From a virus (taxonomy: Duplodnaviria; Caudoviricetes), in IMG/VR virus record IMGVR_UViG_3300036817_000496, positions 1 through 50,207 of that record: a stretch of 50,207 nucleotides of DNA, one strand, 5' to 3'. The notes beneath the pieces were generated by a model. The model had not been told where the DNA came from and made no database searches. It saw only the letters and a list, made by a program, of their open reading frames with translations. Positions 1 through 8,108 of this stretch are shown in pieces (the stretch's first letter is position 1; each line of letters starts with the position of its first letter). The position numbers and the translations under genes are program-made.

Positions 1-1509
1 TTAAATCGATAAAAGTTTTTCAAGCTGAGCACTGAAAGGTGTAAAATCGACTTCTTTTTTGATATCTTCACTCAGATTACGTATGAAATATGATTCATCA
101 ATATTCCTATTTTCCAAATCTTTTTTAACTCTGAAATAGAAAAGCTTGTCAGGATTTTTCGGCGTGCCGGGATACTGTTTGTGATGCTCTGTGGCAAGAT
201 CATCAAGAGAATTGATCGGGAAATATTTGTCATTTATAATCTTTCTTAATTTATCGTTCCCTTTATTAAATACTATATTGAAAATGAACTTTTCGATACT
301 CTGGATTGGAAGGAATAATTTCACGAGATTTTTGTAATCTATTTTTTTTGATACATCAGCCAAAACATCACCATCTAGAATGCTGATAATTTTTTTATTA
401 ACGCCTATGACGTTGTTTCTTAATAGATCCATATGAAGATTTAAAACATTTTGCCATCCTCCAACAGGTGAAATGTGGACAAGTCGGCTATTCTTAAGAC
501 CAGTATCAGAGAGCACGCCATCAATAACTAAGGAAGCAAGTGTATCTTCGGCTAGAATAAGATAATCGAAACCATCATGGCGATATACTTCTCTTATGGC
601 ATAACTAGGGAAACATGGATTGATAAGATCAAGCGTACCTTCATTATTATTAATAAGATACATATTCTGAGGTTTGAGGGCTCGAATCACTTCAGGGGAG
701 TGAGATGTTAGGTAGACGCAAAGTTTTGGATAAGATTGCAATAGTGAGTTGAGGTAACCTATAAGCCGTGAAATGGCTATTGGGTGGAGTGCCAATTCAA
801 TTTCATCAATCAGTATGAAAAAAGTTCTGTCAGTTACGTTTTTATTTTTTCCTTGATTGATCAAAGTATGATAAATGTAATTAAGTAATGAAAGCAATAA
901 GCATTCACCAGAACTCATACGATATTGACTTAGCAAATCCCCTTTCTTAGTTGTCATGAAATAAGGCAGGTTGGACAGTTCAAAATTCTCGGAGATTTTT
1001 TTGTTTCTGATTTTCTTCATGTCCTTATAATGATCATAATCACCATGAAGAATATAGCTTAAATTATCCTTAACGTAGTCAAAAGCATCGACAATTTGAT
1101 CATCCTTAATCTGATTGTTTCTTAATAACTTGTCTACAATAGTTGAGTCTCTAAATCTTGCGCCATAAAAAAGACTGCCTTCATAAACCCCTTTATATAA
1201 ATGTGGTTTACTTGAACACCACCACATATTTTCATTATCTCGATCTCTTTTTTTAACAAACCAATGATTTGCTTCGGTATGATCATCAGTAGATATTGTT
1301 ACGTCAATGGTCGATGAATCATCAAAATCTTCGTCCTGAAGCATATTAAAGCGTTTAGAGCTCAAAAGAACGGACATAATTAACATTAAGGTGCTTTTGC
1401 CACATCCATTCCCCCCAACAAGGCTATATAGACCACCTTCAATGGGCAGCTCAATATCAGCTTTTTTAATATTTTTTATATTGTTAATTTCAATTTTCAT
1501 CAAATCCAT
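1..1509 (-). CDS. ABC-type ATPase fused to C-terminal TOPRIM-like domain (OLD-like architecture), putative defence protein
   Basis: Walker A GGNGCGKST, signature MSSGE, Walker B ILIDEIE-LHP, H-loop TSHSP, then TOPRIM-like LILAED and ILDGD; AT-rich. Confidence 0.75.
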   Translation of the reverse strand: MDLMKIEINNIKNIKKADIELPIEGGLYSLVGGNGCGKSTLMLIMSVLLSSKRFNMLQDEDFDDSSTIDVTISTDDHTEANHWFVKKRDRDNENMWWCSSKPHLYKGVYEGSLFYGARFRDSTIVDKLLRNNQIKDDQIVDAFDYVKDNLSYILHGDYDHYKDMKKIRNKKISENFELSNLPYFMTTKKGDLLSQYRMSSGECLLLSLLNYIYHTLINQGKNKNVTDRTFFILIDEIELALHPIAISRLIGYLNSLLQSYPKLCVYLTSHSPEVIRALKPQNMYLINNNEGTLDLINPCFPSYAIREVYRHDGFDYLILAEDTLASLVIDGVLSDTGLKNSRLVHISPVGGWQNVLNLHMDLLRNNVIGVNKKIISILDGDVLADVSKKIDYKNLVKLFLPIQSIEKFIFNIVFNKGNDKLRKIINDKYFPINSLDDLATEHHKQYPGTPKNPDKLFYFRVKKDLENRNIDESYFIRNLSEDIKKEVDFTPFSAQLEKLLSI

Positions 1510-1918
1510 AATGTATCACCTTGATAGTTTTAAATTATATTAATTTCTGTATAAAAGTAATGAAAAATATACATGCCCTGTAAACCTGAAAGATGCTTTC
1601 CTATAGTAGAATTGCTGCGTGACAGTTGGTCCGATTTTAACCATTCACTCTAAAGCAATCAATGAATTACCCTTCACTTTTGTGTTGTTCTGCAAAAAGA
1701 TTTGACTTTTTTATATAGCATGCTCATGCTTATCTGACTGTTGTAAGTCAGTTTGTTTTTCATTGATAGTGTCAGAACTCGGTAGGCACCTATTGAAAAC
1801 AAGGCATTACAAGAGTTCAACAACAGGTTGGACGCGAAAGTCTGCCTGTCTGTACAAATGATAGTCAGCGATGCCTTCGCATCGATTGGATTATCCAGTG
1901 CTTAAAGTACAAAGAAAT

Positions 1919-1942
1919 GCCCCTTCGCCATAGCCAAGGGGC
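1919..1942. terminator. Hairpin immediately after the integrase stop
   Basis: GCCCCTT-cgccatagcc-AAGGGGC inverted repeat. Confidence 0.55.
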
Positions 1943-1947
1943 TTGCT

Positions 1948-2976
1948 TTATGACAATTTCTTAATGATTGGTTTGTCTAGGGACGGTGTGATTTTTACTT
2001 TTCTGTCGTAGACCAAAACCTGACTTTCGGTTTTATGGCCAGAAAAAATTTGTTTTTCTCGGCTACTTCCTTGGTAATCAGAAATCGCTTTTGCCTTGAT
2101 ATCATGAAATGTACCGGGGATATGACGCCCAACATTCATCTCCGCCGCTTTCTTTGCTTTATTCCACCAAGAGTTAAATGTTTTTTTATTCATTTTGCCG
2201 CCTGATGGTCCAGGTACTAGGTAGCCTGCTGCGGACCTACTAACTAAATTTTTAGTGGCGAGATCCACGACCGCAAGCAAACGTGGCGACCACTGCTTTA
2301 TTTGTTTTTTTCCTGTTTTATTTTGCTCAATAAAAAGTCCCTCAAACCGGACATCTGATAACAGCAAATCAAGCACATCTCCTTCACGTGCAGCGCACAA
2401 ATAAGAGATTTCCATAGCGACCTGAATTTCTATCGGGGCGCATTCATAGATAGCTCTGTAATCCTCATCGGGGATATAAACATCTCTGTCTACCAGCGTA
2501 AATTTCCTGATCCCTTTGCAGGGATTCCCCTTCACATAGCCGCGCTCAAAACTCCAGCCAAACACCCGAGACATGCTCGCCACCTCCTGATTTGCCTGGT
2601 TCTTACTGCTTAGCCCTCGCTTGTCCATAAAAATACGAACCTGCTCAATCCTGATATCATCAGCTCTCATTTTCCCGAACACGGCCAGCAGCTGCCGTTC
2701 GTGCTGGTGGTAATCCTTTTGCGTCCTCGGCGCGAGCTCGGTGAATGCCGGGCTTTCAACAAACATTCCCCATAGCTTGGAAAAAGTCGTAATGTCATGA
2801 CGTTTTGCTTTTTCCTGCTCATATCGCTGCCAGAGTTTAGAAATGCTGGTTTCACGGATTTTCCCCAATGAAACGCTCAACTTTGTTCCTTTAGGCTTCC
2901 ACACGTAGCTGTATTTATTTTTTGTAACCCGCGGCGGAAGGCTGACATCTTTCGGATCTTTTCTTGGCCTGCCCAT
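1948..2976 (-). CDS. int: Tyrosine recombinase (phage integrase); likely start MGRPRK at 2976
   Basis: AAREGDV catalytic Arg region, FHDIKAK (HxxR variant), SGHK and VYDR motifs; overlaps upstream xis-like gene. Confidence 0.9.
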   Translation of the reverse strand: MGRPRKDPKDVSLPPRVTKNKYSYVWKPKGTKLSVSLGKIRETSISKLWQRYEQEKAKRHDITTFSKLWGMFVESPAFTELAPRTQKDYHQHERQLLAVFGKMRADDIRIEQVRIFMDKRGLSSKNQANQEVASMSRVFGWSFERGYVKGNPCKGIRKFTLVDRDVYIPDEDYRAIYECAPIEIQVAMEISYLCAAREGDVLDLLLSDVRFEGLFIEQNKTGKKQIKQWSPRLLAVVDLATKNLVSRSAAGYLVPGPSGGKMNKKTFNSWWNKAKKAAEMNVGRHIPGTFHDIKAKAISDYQGSSREKQIFSGHKTESQVLVYDRKVKITPSLDKPIIKKLS

Positions 2977-3193
2977 AGATAGCGTCGAAGTCTGGTTCTG
3001 TAGCAACATATTCATCAACCTTTGGTAATTCGGAAGTTCCCGGCAAAATATTCCTGCGCAAAACGATAGGGCGATTACGCCCATCGGTCGTGAAAGGAAT
3101 ACCGTGACAGCGCAGTTGGCGCTGCTGTTGCGTGTAACGCCTGTATCCAGTTATTTCCGCAATTTCCTGAGGTGACAGCGTAAGTTCATGCAT
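2915..3193 (-). CDS. Excisionase-like protein (DUF4224-type)
   Basis: LSPQEIAEITGY...QQRQL...GIPF small winged-helix pattern directly upstream of int. Confidence 0.75.
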   Translation of the reverse strand: MHELTLSPQEIAEITGYRRYTQQQRQLRCHGIPFTTDGRNRPIVLRRNILPGTSELPKVDEYVATEPDFDAIYGQAKKRSERCQPSAAGYKK

Positions 3194-3262
3194 GGGTCAT
3201 CCCTCTGATGACCGGCCAGACAACACTACCTGGCCGGATGGTTATTTGCTGAAAACGGAAAA

Positions 3263-5380
3263 TCAGATTTGCGTCAGGACTTGCCAGATTTCTGAAACGT
3301 ATTTGACCTGGTGGCGTGCATCGTCCAGGGCATTATGAAGCTCACCTTCAAACGGGATTTCATAACGGGGATTGATACCTACCGCTTTACCCAGTTCAAC
3401 GATTGTCCGCACATCACGATAATTCCAGTGTTCTATAGGGAAAGGAATGTCAGCAAGTTCGAATGCAGTCTCAATTAGCGAGCAGTCGAACGAGCTTCCG
3501 TTACCCCATAGCTGGACTTTTCTGGATCCATTGGCGGCGTTATCTGCAATAAAGTTGTCGAACATTTCCAGCGCCTCAACAAGGCCAACGGCGTCATCGA
3601 CCAGGATTTCCGAACGGGCTTCAGCTGATTGCTTCAGCCACCACAGAATGGTGCTGGCGTCCGGTACTGCTCCGAACGACATGCAAGATTCAAGGCTAAT
3701 AACTTGATAAAACTCAGCGCCAGTTTCGCCCGTATCTGGTGCAAAAAATACTGCTCCAATTGAAACGACGGGAGCGCCAGGTTTTTTACCCATGGTATCA
3801 ATATCGATCATCAGATGAGTGAAAAGGCGGGATGATTCGTCGCGGGTAATTTGATGACCGGAATCATTATTCAAGGCCTCTGACGGATGATTAACATCAG
3901 CGCCGCATTCAGCTGGCACATCTGCTGTTTCGCCCATTTGCACTTCAATGTCAGCTTCGGTTTCATCACCGTGGTTTTCTTCCATCTGCACATTTTCGGC
4001 TGTCTCCGCTGGCTGGCCTGCGTCGGCCGTATCGGTTTTGGTGGCTGCGGTAAAAAGGCTGCTGGCATCGAAAACACCGGCGGCAACTTTTACCAGTTCA
4101 CCTTCGGCAGCTGGTTCTGCTGGTGTTTCTGGTGACGCCTCGCCTGTATCGGAGCGGATGAAGAGTTTCTGCAAAGCATTCCAGCGGGTTTCACTGTCAT
4201 CAATGCCAGTGTCAGGAACGAAAGCAACCTCAACTAAATTCCTGGAGACGTAACCGATCAGCTCTGGAATTTCTTCGTGAATATCTTCAGGCGCATTGCG
4301 GATCAGCACGAAAATTGCTGCGCGAGAAAAGTCCAGTACACCGGCAGTTTTACGCAAAACTGAGCTCCATGATTTCCATGGTTCTTCTTTCTCACGGATC
4401 ACCTCTTTTGCCCGTCGTAACACACCACCCGGAAACTCATAAATATTAAAATCCATCGGCAGTAGTGCAGCGGCAATTTCAATATCAAGAACATCAAGCG
4501 TGTGAGACGTAATATTCTGCCGGTCTGTTATTACCTCACCACCGGCATTGGTCCCAGTGTCGGTTTTGAGTTTTTCATTGCAGGATTTTTGACGAACGGC
4601 ATCAACAACAGAAAGTGGTGGCTCGGCTTTCATCAAAGGTGTGACCGAGGAAATACGGTTACCAGCAACCCACTCTTTAACTAACAGGCCGCGATCGATG
4701 TGAGGCGTTTGCACCCATGCCTTAATGAACTGGATAAGAACACCGAGTTCGGGTCGGGAGTCGACTGGGAAAACTTGCTTAACAGCTGCCGTTAACTTCC
4801 AGATGTTACTTGTTGAAAAGCTCTTTACGTCTGGCGTGTTTTCTGTGGCCAGCAGCAGGTTCTGGACATAGTAGTTGTCCTGGTCCAGCTCCATTTCTGC
4901 GATCTGAATACGCTGAGCCTGAGTTACGTGATGGGCTATATCATTGCTGATGAACTGAGAAAGAATTATTTTGCGGAAAGGCATCTGAGCAACTGGATGC
5001 TCTAAACCATCATCCAGTGGGGCGGATAATGTGCTTTCCGTGCTTTCTGTCGTCAGTACAGGTTCGGGAACTTCTGCCGGAGTAGGGGCTGGTGTAGCCG
5101 CGGGGATCGCCTGCCATGTGACGCCATCCTCCGCGAGCTGGTAGCGGTCGCACCACGTTTGATCCAGCACGCCTTCAGCCGGCAAATCGTCAACGACATG
5201 CCAGTTAGTGCGGACCGGCAGGTTATAATCGGCCCCGCGGCCTACGTCGATCCCGTTATCTTCCAGGATGTTCAGGATTTCGCGCTCAGCGCGGGAGTCA
5301 GATTTTGCAGATAGCCAGCAAAAGAGGCTTTTTGCCTCGGCTTTAGCTTTGGCTTTAATGAGATAAGCGTATGTGTTCAT
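3263..5380 (-). CDS. RecE/exonuclease VIII-like N-terminal region fused to a C-terminal DEDDh 3'-5' exonuclease domain
   Basis: N-terminal PVRTNWHVVDDLPAEG...WCDRYQL; C-terminal HLMIDIDTMG, WGNGSSFD, RDVRT, HNALDDA; likely start MNTYAY at 5380. Confidence 0.75.
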   Translation of the reverse strand: MNTYAYLIKAKAKAEAKSLFCWLSAKSDSRAEREILNILEDNGIDVGRGADYNLPVRTNWHVVDDLPAEGVLDQTWCDRYQLAEDGVTWQAIPAATPAPTPAEVPEPVLTTESTESTLSAPLDDGLEHPVAQMPFRKIILSQFISNDIAHHVTQAQRIQIAEMELDQDNYYVQNLLLATENTPDVKSFSTSNIWKLTAAVKQVFPVDSRPELGVLIQFIKAWVQTPHIDRGLLVKEWVAGNRISSVTPLMKAEPPLSVVDAVRQKSCNEKLKTDTGTNAGGEVITDRQNITSHTLDVLDIEIAAALLPMDFNIYEFPGGVLRRAKEVIREKEEPWKSWSSVLRKTAGVLDFSRAAIFVLIRNAPEDIHEEIPELIGYVSRNLVEVAFVPDTGIDDSETRWNALQKLFIRSDTGEASPETPAEPAAEGELVKVAAGVFDASSLFTAATKTDTADAGQPAETAENVQMEENHGDETEADIEVQMGETADVPAECGADVNHPSEALNNDSGHQITRDESSRLFTHLMIDIDTMGKKPGAPVVSIGAVFFAPDTGETGAEFYQVISLESCMSFGAVPDASTILWWLKQSAEARSEILVDDAVGLVEALEMFDNFIADNAANGSRKVQLWGNGSSFDCSLIETAFELADIPFPIEHWNYRDVRTIVELGKAVGINPRYEIPFEGELHNALDDARHQVKYVSEIWQVLTQI

Positions 5381-5440
5381 TGCGCTTGGGTTCCTTATGG
5401 CTGTAAGATACCCGGGACTTTGATAGCTCCCATTGGGCGT

Positions 5441-5462
5441 GGTCATTGTTCAAAACTCGATT
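5441..5462 (-). repeat. 22-bp early-operon motif, copy 1 (AATCGAGTTTTGAACAATGACC)
   Basis: Near-identical copies at 5889-5910 (-), 8059-8078 (+), 9636-9657 (+). Confidence 0.85.
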
Positions 5463-5528
5463 CCGGAAGGCTTTGGTCGGCTAACCGGGTACTTAACCCG
5501 CCTTGCGCGGGTTTTGTGCTTTATGGGC

Positions 5529-5864
5529 TTAGCTTTTCTCGCCGTGCAGCTGCGAGACAAGAACGCTATCCAGTGCGTTAAGGACGGGTTCGAACGTGCT
5601 GTTCGTAGGGATTTTGCTGACCGCCCGGATCACTTCCGACACGGAAATATCACCCTCTCGCGGGGTATAACCGCCGCCCGGGCCGCGGTGAGAGGTAACG
5701 AGATTACCTGAGCGGAGCTTTTTGAATATTTGCTCAAGGTATGAAGCCGACAGCTTCGATTCTTTACTGAGCGCTGCGACTGGCACAGGCGTGCCAGCAT
5801 AAATGCGTTTTAGTGTGGCGATGACCTGCACTGAGGCCATCACTCTTTTCATTCCAAATTCCAT
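5529..5864 (-). CDS. Rrf2/IscR-like winged-helix regulator lacking Fe-S cysteines
   Basis: LSASYLEQIFKKLRSGNLVTSHRGPGGGY is the Rrf2 signature; no Cys in the protein. Confidence 0.8.
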   Translation of the reverse strand: MEFGMKRVMASVQVIATLKRIYAGTPVPVAALSKESKLSASYLEQIFKKLRSGNLVTSHRGPGGGYTPREGDISVSEVIRAVSKIPTNSTFEPVLNALDSVLVSQLHGEKS

Positions 5865-5888
5865 GCGATTACCCATCCCGGCCAGCTA

Positions 5889-5910
5889 GGCCATTGTTCA
5901 AAACTCGATT
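5889..5910 (-). repeat. 22-bp early-operon motif, copy 2 (AATCGAGTTTTGAACAATGGCC)
   Basis: 21/22 identical to copy 1. Confidence 0.85.
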
Positions 5911-5912
5911 TT

Positions 5913-6050
5913 TTACTGTGCGTGCGACTGTTGGTCGGCAGTCGGGTCGCCCTTCTGGGCCAGTACGTAGCAGAGCCTGCGAAGCAGAACCTCAAAGAGG
6001 TTGAGGTGAACAGCCTGCTGGCGAGCTGGTTTGCGTGCAAAATCAATCAT
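5913..6050 (-). CDS. Small phage early protein (45 aa, MIDFARKPAR...)
   Basis: ATG overlapping the end of the upstream gene with GGAG RBS; resembles small prophage early proteins. Confidence 0.55.
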   Translation of the reverse strand: MIDFARKPARQQAVHLNLFEVLLRRLCYVLAQKGDPTADQQSHAQ

Positions 6051-6306
6051 CGTAAGACTCCATGTCACCTGATAAAACGCCTCGAATTTTTTGGATTTCG
6101 CTTCGTACTGCGTCGCGCTGTTGATGCAAATAACCTTTAACAAACGACAATGCTTCAAGTGCCTCCTCGCTTTCTGACTTCGTATGGTCACGAGCACTAA
6201 TTAGCGCCTGGCGTGCTAATTCCAGATTTGAAAGCCCAGATAAAATCTCCTGCTCGATGCTTGCGAAACCTGCGTATTTTGTTGCTAACTTCAGAGCGTC
6301 TACCAT
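6043..6306 (-). CDS. Hypothetical phage protein (87 aa)
   Basis: ORF with AAGGGG RBS, packed in left operon. Confidence 0.55.
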   Translation of the reverse strand: MVDALKLATKYAGFASIEQEILSGLSNLELARQALISARDHTKSESEEALEALSFVKGYLHQQRDAVRSEIQKIRGVLSGDMESYDD

Positions 6307-6316
6307 TTCATTCCCC

Positions 6317-6505
6317 TTACCAAACTTCAGGCCAGCCCTTAATGACGGCAGCTGTGCCAATTTCCGATGGTTTCTCATCGGGGTTTAATCTGCGATGCAT
6401 ACCATCAGCTATCGAATCAGCGTCTTTCCAGTCGTGCGCTTTTACGCGGTAGGTGCTGTAACCAGAGCCACCGCTGATCACGACGGTAAATTGTTTCTTT
6501 GCCAT
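6317..6505 (-). CDS. Hypothetical phage protein (62 aa), first gene of left operon
   Basis: GAGG RBS, ATG start, operon packing. Confidence 0.6.
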   Translation of the reverse strand: MAKKQFTVVISGGSGYSTYRVKAHDWKDADSIADGMHRRLNPDEKPSEIGTAAVIKGWPEVW

Positions 6506-6663
6506 TATTGCCTCTTGTCTGTGCCCTTATCGCCAGGCTGGCGGAACGTTACTTAACCTGCTGCGCGTTAAATTGTGTCATCTCATCCGGTGCTTCGTAT
6601 GCCGCCGGCAGCTACTCTCGTGGGCGTCCTGCCTTGATGACTCGTTACTGCGTTGTGTGTTTA

Positions 6664-6707
6664 TAGTTAAACTCAAAACGTGATTGATTGTCAACACGAC
6701 TTGTGTT
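6664..6707 (-). promoter_or_regulatory. PL-like promoter with operator
   Basis: -35 TTGACA (6689-6694, minus strand) overlapped by palindrome AACAC-N5-GTGTT at 6693-6707. Confidence 0.65.
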
Positions 6708-6757
6708 GGATTCTGATAATTAATTTTCAGGAGGAGGAGGAAACTGGAAAATGGACG

Positions 6758-6785
6758 AAAAAAAACCAGCACTTAGGCTGGTTTA
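6758..6785 (-). terminator. Intrinsic terminator after repressor gene
   Basis: AAACCAGC-actta-GGCTGGTTT stem with A-tract on its left (U-tract on minus strand). Confidence 0.7.
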
Positions 6786-6801
6786 TTGGATAAGAGGGAG
6801 G

Positions 6802-7182
6802 CTATTCGTCTGCTTTTTTAAAACGTCCGCGCAGATATTTTTCTACGTACTCATCAATCTCTTTTAGCCGAACTTGGAAAAGATCATACATTCGATCTTG
6901 CTCAGATTCAGGCAATTGATCGTAAAGGGATAGCAATTTTCTATGTTTGGGGGAAAGCCATGTTTCGCTGATATCCTCACCGAAGACGAGTTCAACGGGG
7001 CTTATACCAAGCGCTTTCGCAATAGTTATTGCGTCATCAATGCCAATGTTTCTACTACCAGATTCATAATTCCCTATGCGCGACTGAACCCACCCGCATA
7101 GATCAGCGAGCTTCTTCTGGGAAATTCCCTTTTCTTCTCTCGCCTTCTTCAGGCGATCCGCAATCGTCACATTTGTATTCAT
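6802..7182 (-). CDS. cI: Prophage repressor, XRE HTH, without S24 autopeptidase domain
   Basis: RLKKAREEKGISQKKLADLCGWVQSRIGNYESG; divergent from cro-like gene; only 126 aa. Confidence 0.85.
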   Translation of the reverse strand: MNTNVTIADRLKKAREEKGISQKKLADLCGWVQSRIGNYESGSRNIGIDDAITIAKALGISPVELVFGEDISETWLSPKHRKLLSLYDQLPESEQDRMYDLFQVRLKEIDEYVEKYLRGRFKKADE

Positions 7183-7193
7183 GCCTATTTTTT

Positions 7194-7259
7194 ACCACGT
7201 ACTGTGTTATCTCTCAAAAAACGATGTGTGTTGACTTATTAACACATCATGTGTTTAAT
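7194..7259 (+). promoter_or_regulatory. OR-like operators and PR promoter
   Basis: Three AACAC-N5-GTGTT-like sites at 7194-7208, 7218-7232, 7241-7255; TTGACT (7231) -17 bp- TTTAAT (7254). Confidence 0.75.
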
Positions 7260-7287
7260 GCTCTCAAACAGTCACTGTGGGGAGCAT

Positions 7288-7503
7288 ATGAATAACATCG
7301 CAAAAGAAAGACAGGCGCTCGGTATCACTCAGGAGTTTTTAGCCTCCTTGTTCGGCTGGCGCCAGTCTCGAATTTCTAACTATGAAAATGGGTCACGCAA
7401 ACCAGCTTTAAGCGATTGCCGCCTGATAGTTGAGAAACTGAATTTACTAGGTAGCAATTGCACGCTGGATACTGTCTTTCCACCAGATTCTGATGAGGTG
7501 TAG
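7288..7503 (+). CDS. cro: Cro-like HTH regulator
   Basis: MNNIAKERQALGITQEFLASLFGWRQSRISNYENG, GGAG RBS; recognition helix nearly identical to the repressor's. Confidence 0.8.
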   Translation: MNNIAKERQALGITQEFLASLFGWRQSRISNYENGSRKPALSDCRLIVEKLNLLGSNCTLDTVFPPDSDEV

Positions 7504-7505
7504 CA

Positions 7506-8060
7506 ATGCAATCTATCACCTTCGAACATCATAACCAGCGAAATAGTTTTTCGCTGAAAACCCAAAATCAGTATGAGCCACGGCGCCGGGACAACGGAAA
7601 ACGACTGGTTATCCAGGCAGCCGTTCGCGAGTGGGAAGAGACTCTGCCCGGCCAGGCTCAGGAAAAAATCGCGCTGCTGGTGGCTCAACAGTGGGATAAG
7701 CAGGGTGGGCGCGGGATAACGCTTAATAAGCAGAACCTTTTTCGCTATCTGAAAAACGAAACGGGCTCAGACAAATACAACAGCTACGTGATGCAACTTG
7801 CGACAGCCATTGCCCAGGCAATGCCGATCGAGATAGCGCGTAAGCACGGTTTACGCCAGGGGATGACTGAAGCCGAGCTGGTAGCGAACGCTATCAAAGA
7901 ATGTGGTGACGCGCACCAGGCAAAGCTTCTCGGTGCGCCGCTGCATAAGCTGGAAAAGGAAGTGCGTGAAGCGGCGATATCCCTTTTCAACATGCTGCCG
8001 ACGGATGCTGTGGGGCCGCTGCTGGCGAGCCTGAGCGCCGTTGCACCACAGTTTTTTTAA
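7506..8060 (+). CDS. CII-like / YdaT-family regulator
   Basis: Position after cro; MQSITF...AVREWE...KQNLFRYL pattern. Confidence 0.7.
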   Translation: MQSITFEHHNQRNSFSLKTQNQYEPRRRDNGKRLVIQAAVREWEETLPGQAQEKIALLVAQQWDKQGGRGITLNKQNLFRYLKNETGSDKYNSYVMQLATAIAQAMPIEIARKHGLRQGMTEAELVANAIKECGDAHQAKLLGAPLHKLEKEVREAAISLFNMLPTDAVGPLLASLSAVAPQFF

Positions 8061-8078
8061 TCGAGTTTTGACCAATGA
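8059..8078 (+). repeat. Early-operon motif, copy 3 (AATCGAGTTTTGACCAATGA)
   Basis: Matches copies 1, 2, 4. Confidence 0.85.
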
Positions 8079-8108
8079 GTTCTCCGACGAAAAACCGCGA
8101 GGTGAGAT

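Noticed and set aside
1-1947. Retron (ATPase-TOPRIM effector with msr-msd RNA)
   Set aside because: No reverse transcriptase in the window and no convincing a1/a2 repeats on the coding strand; cannot be excluded left of position 1.
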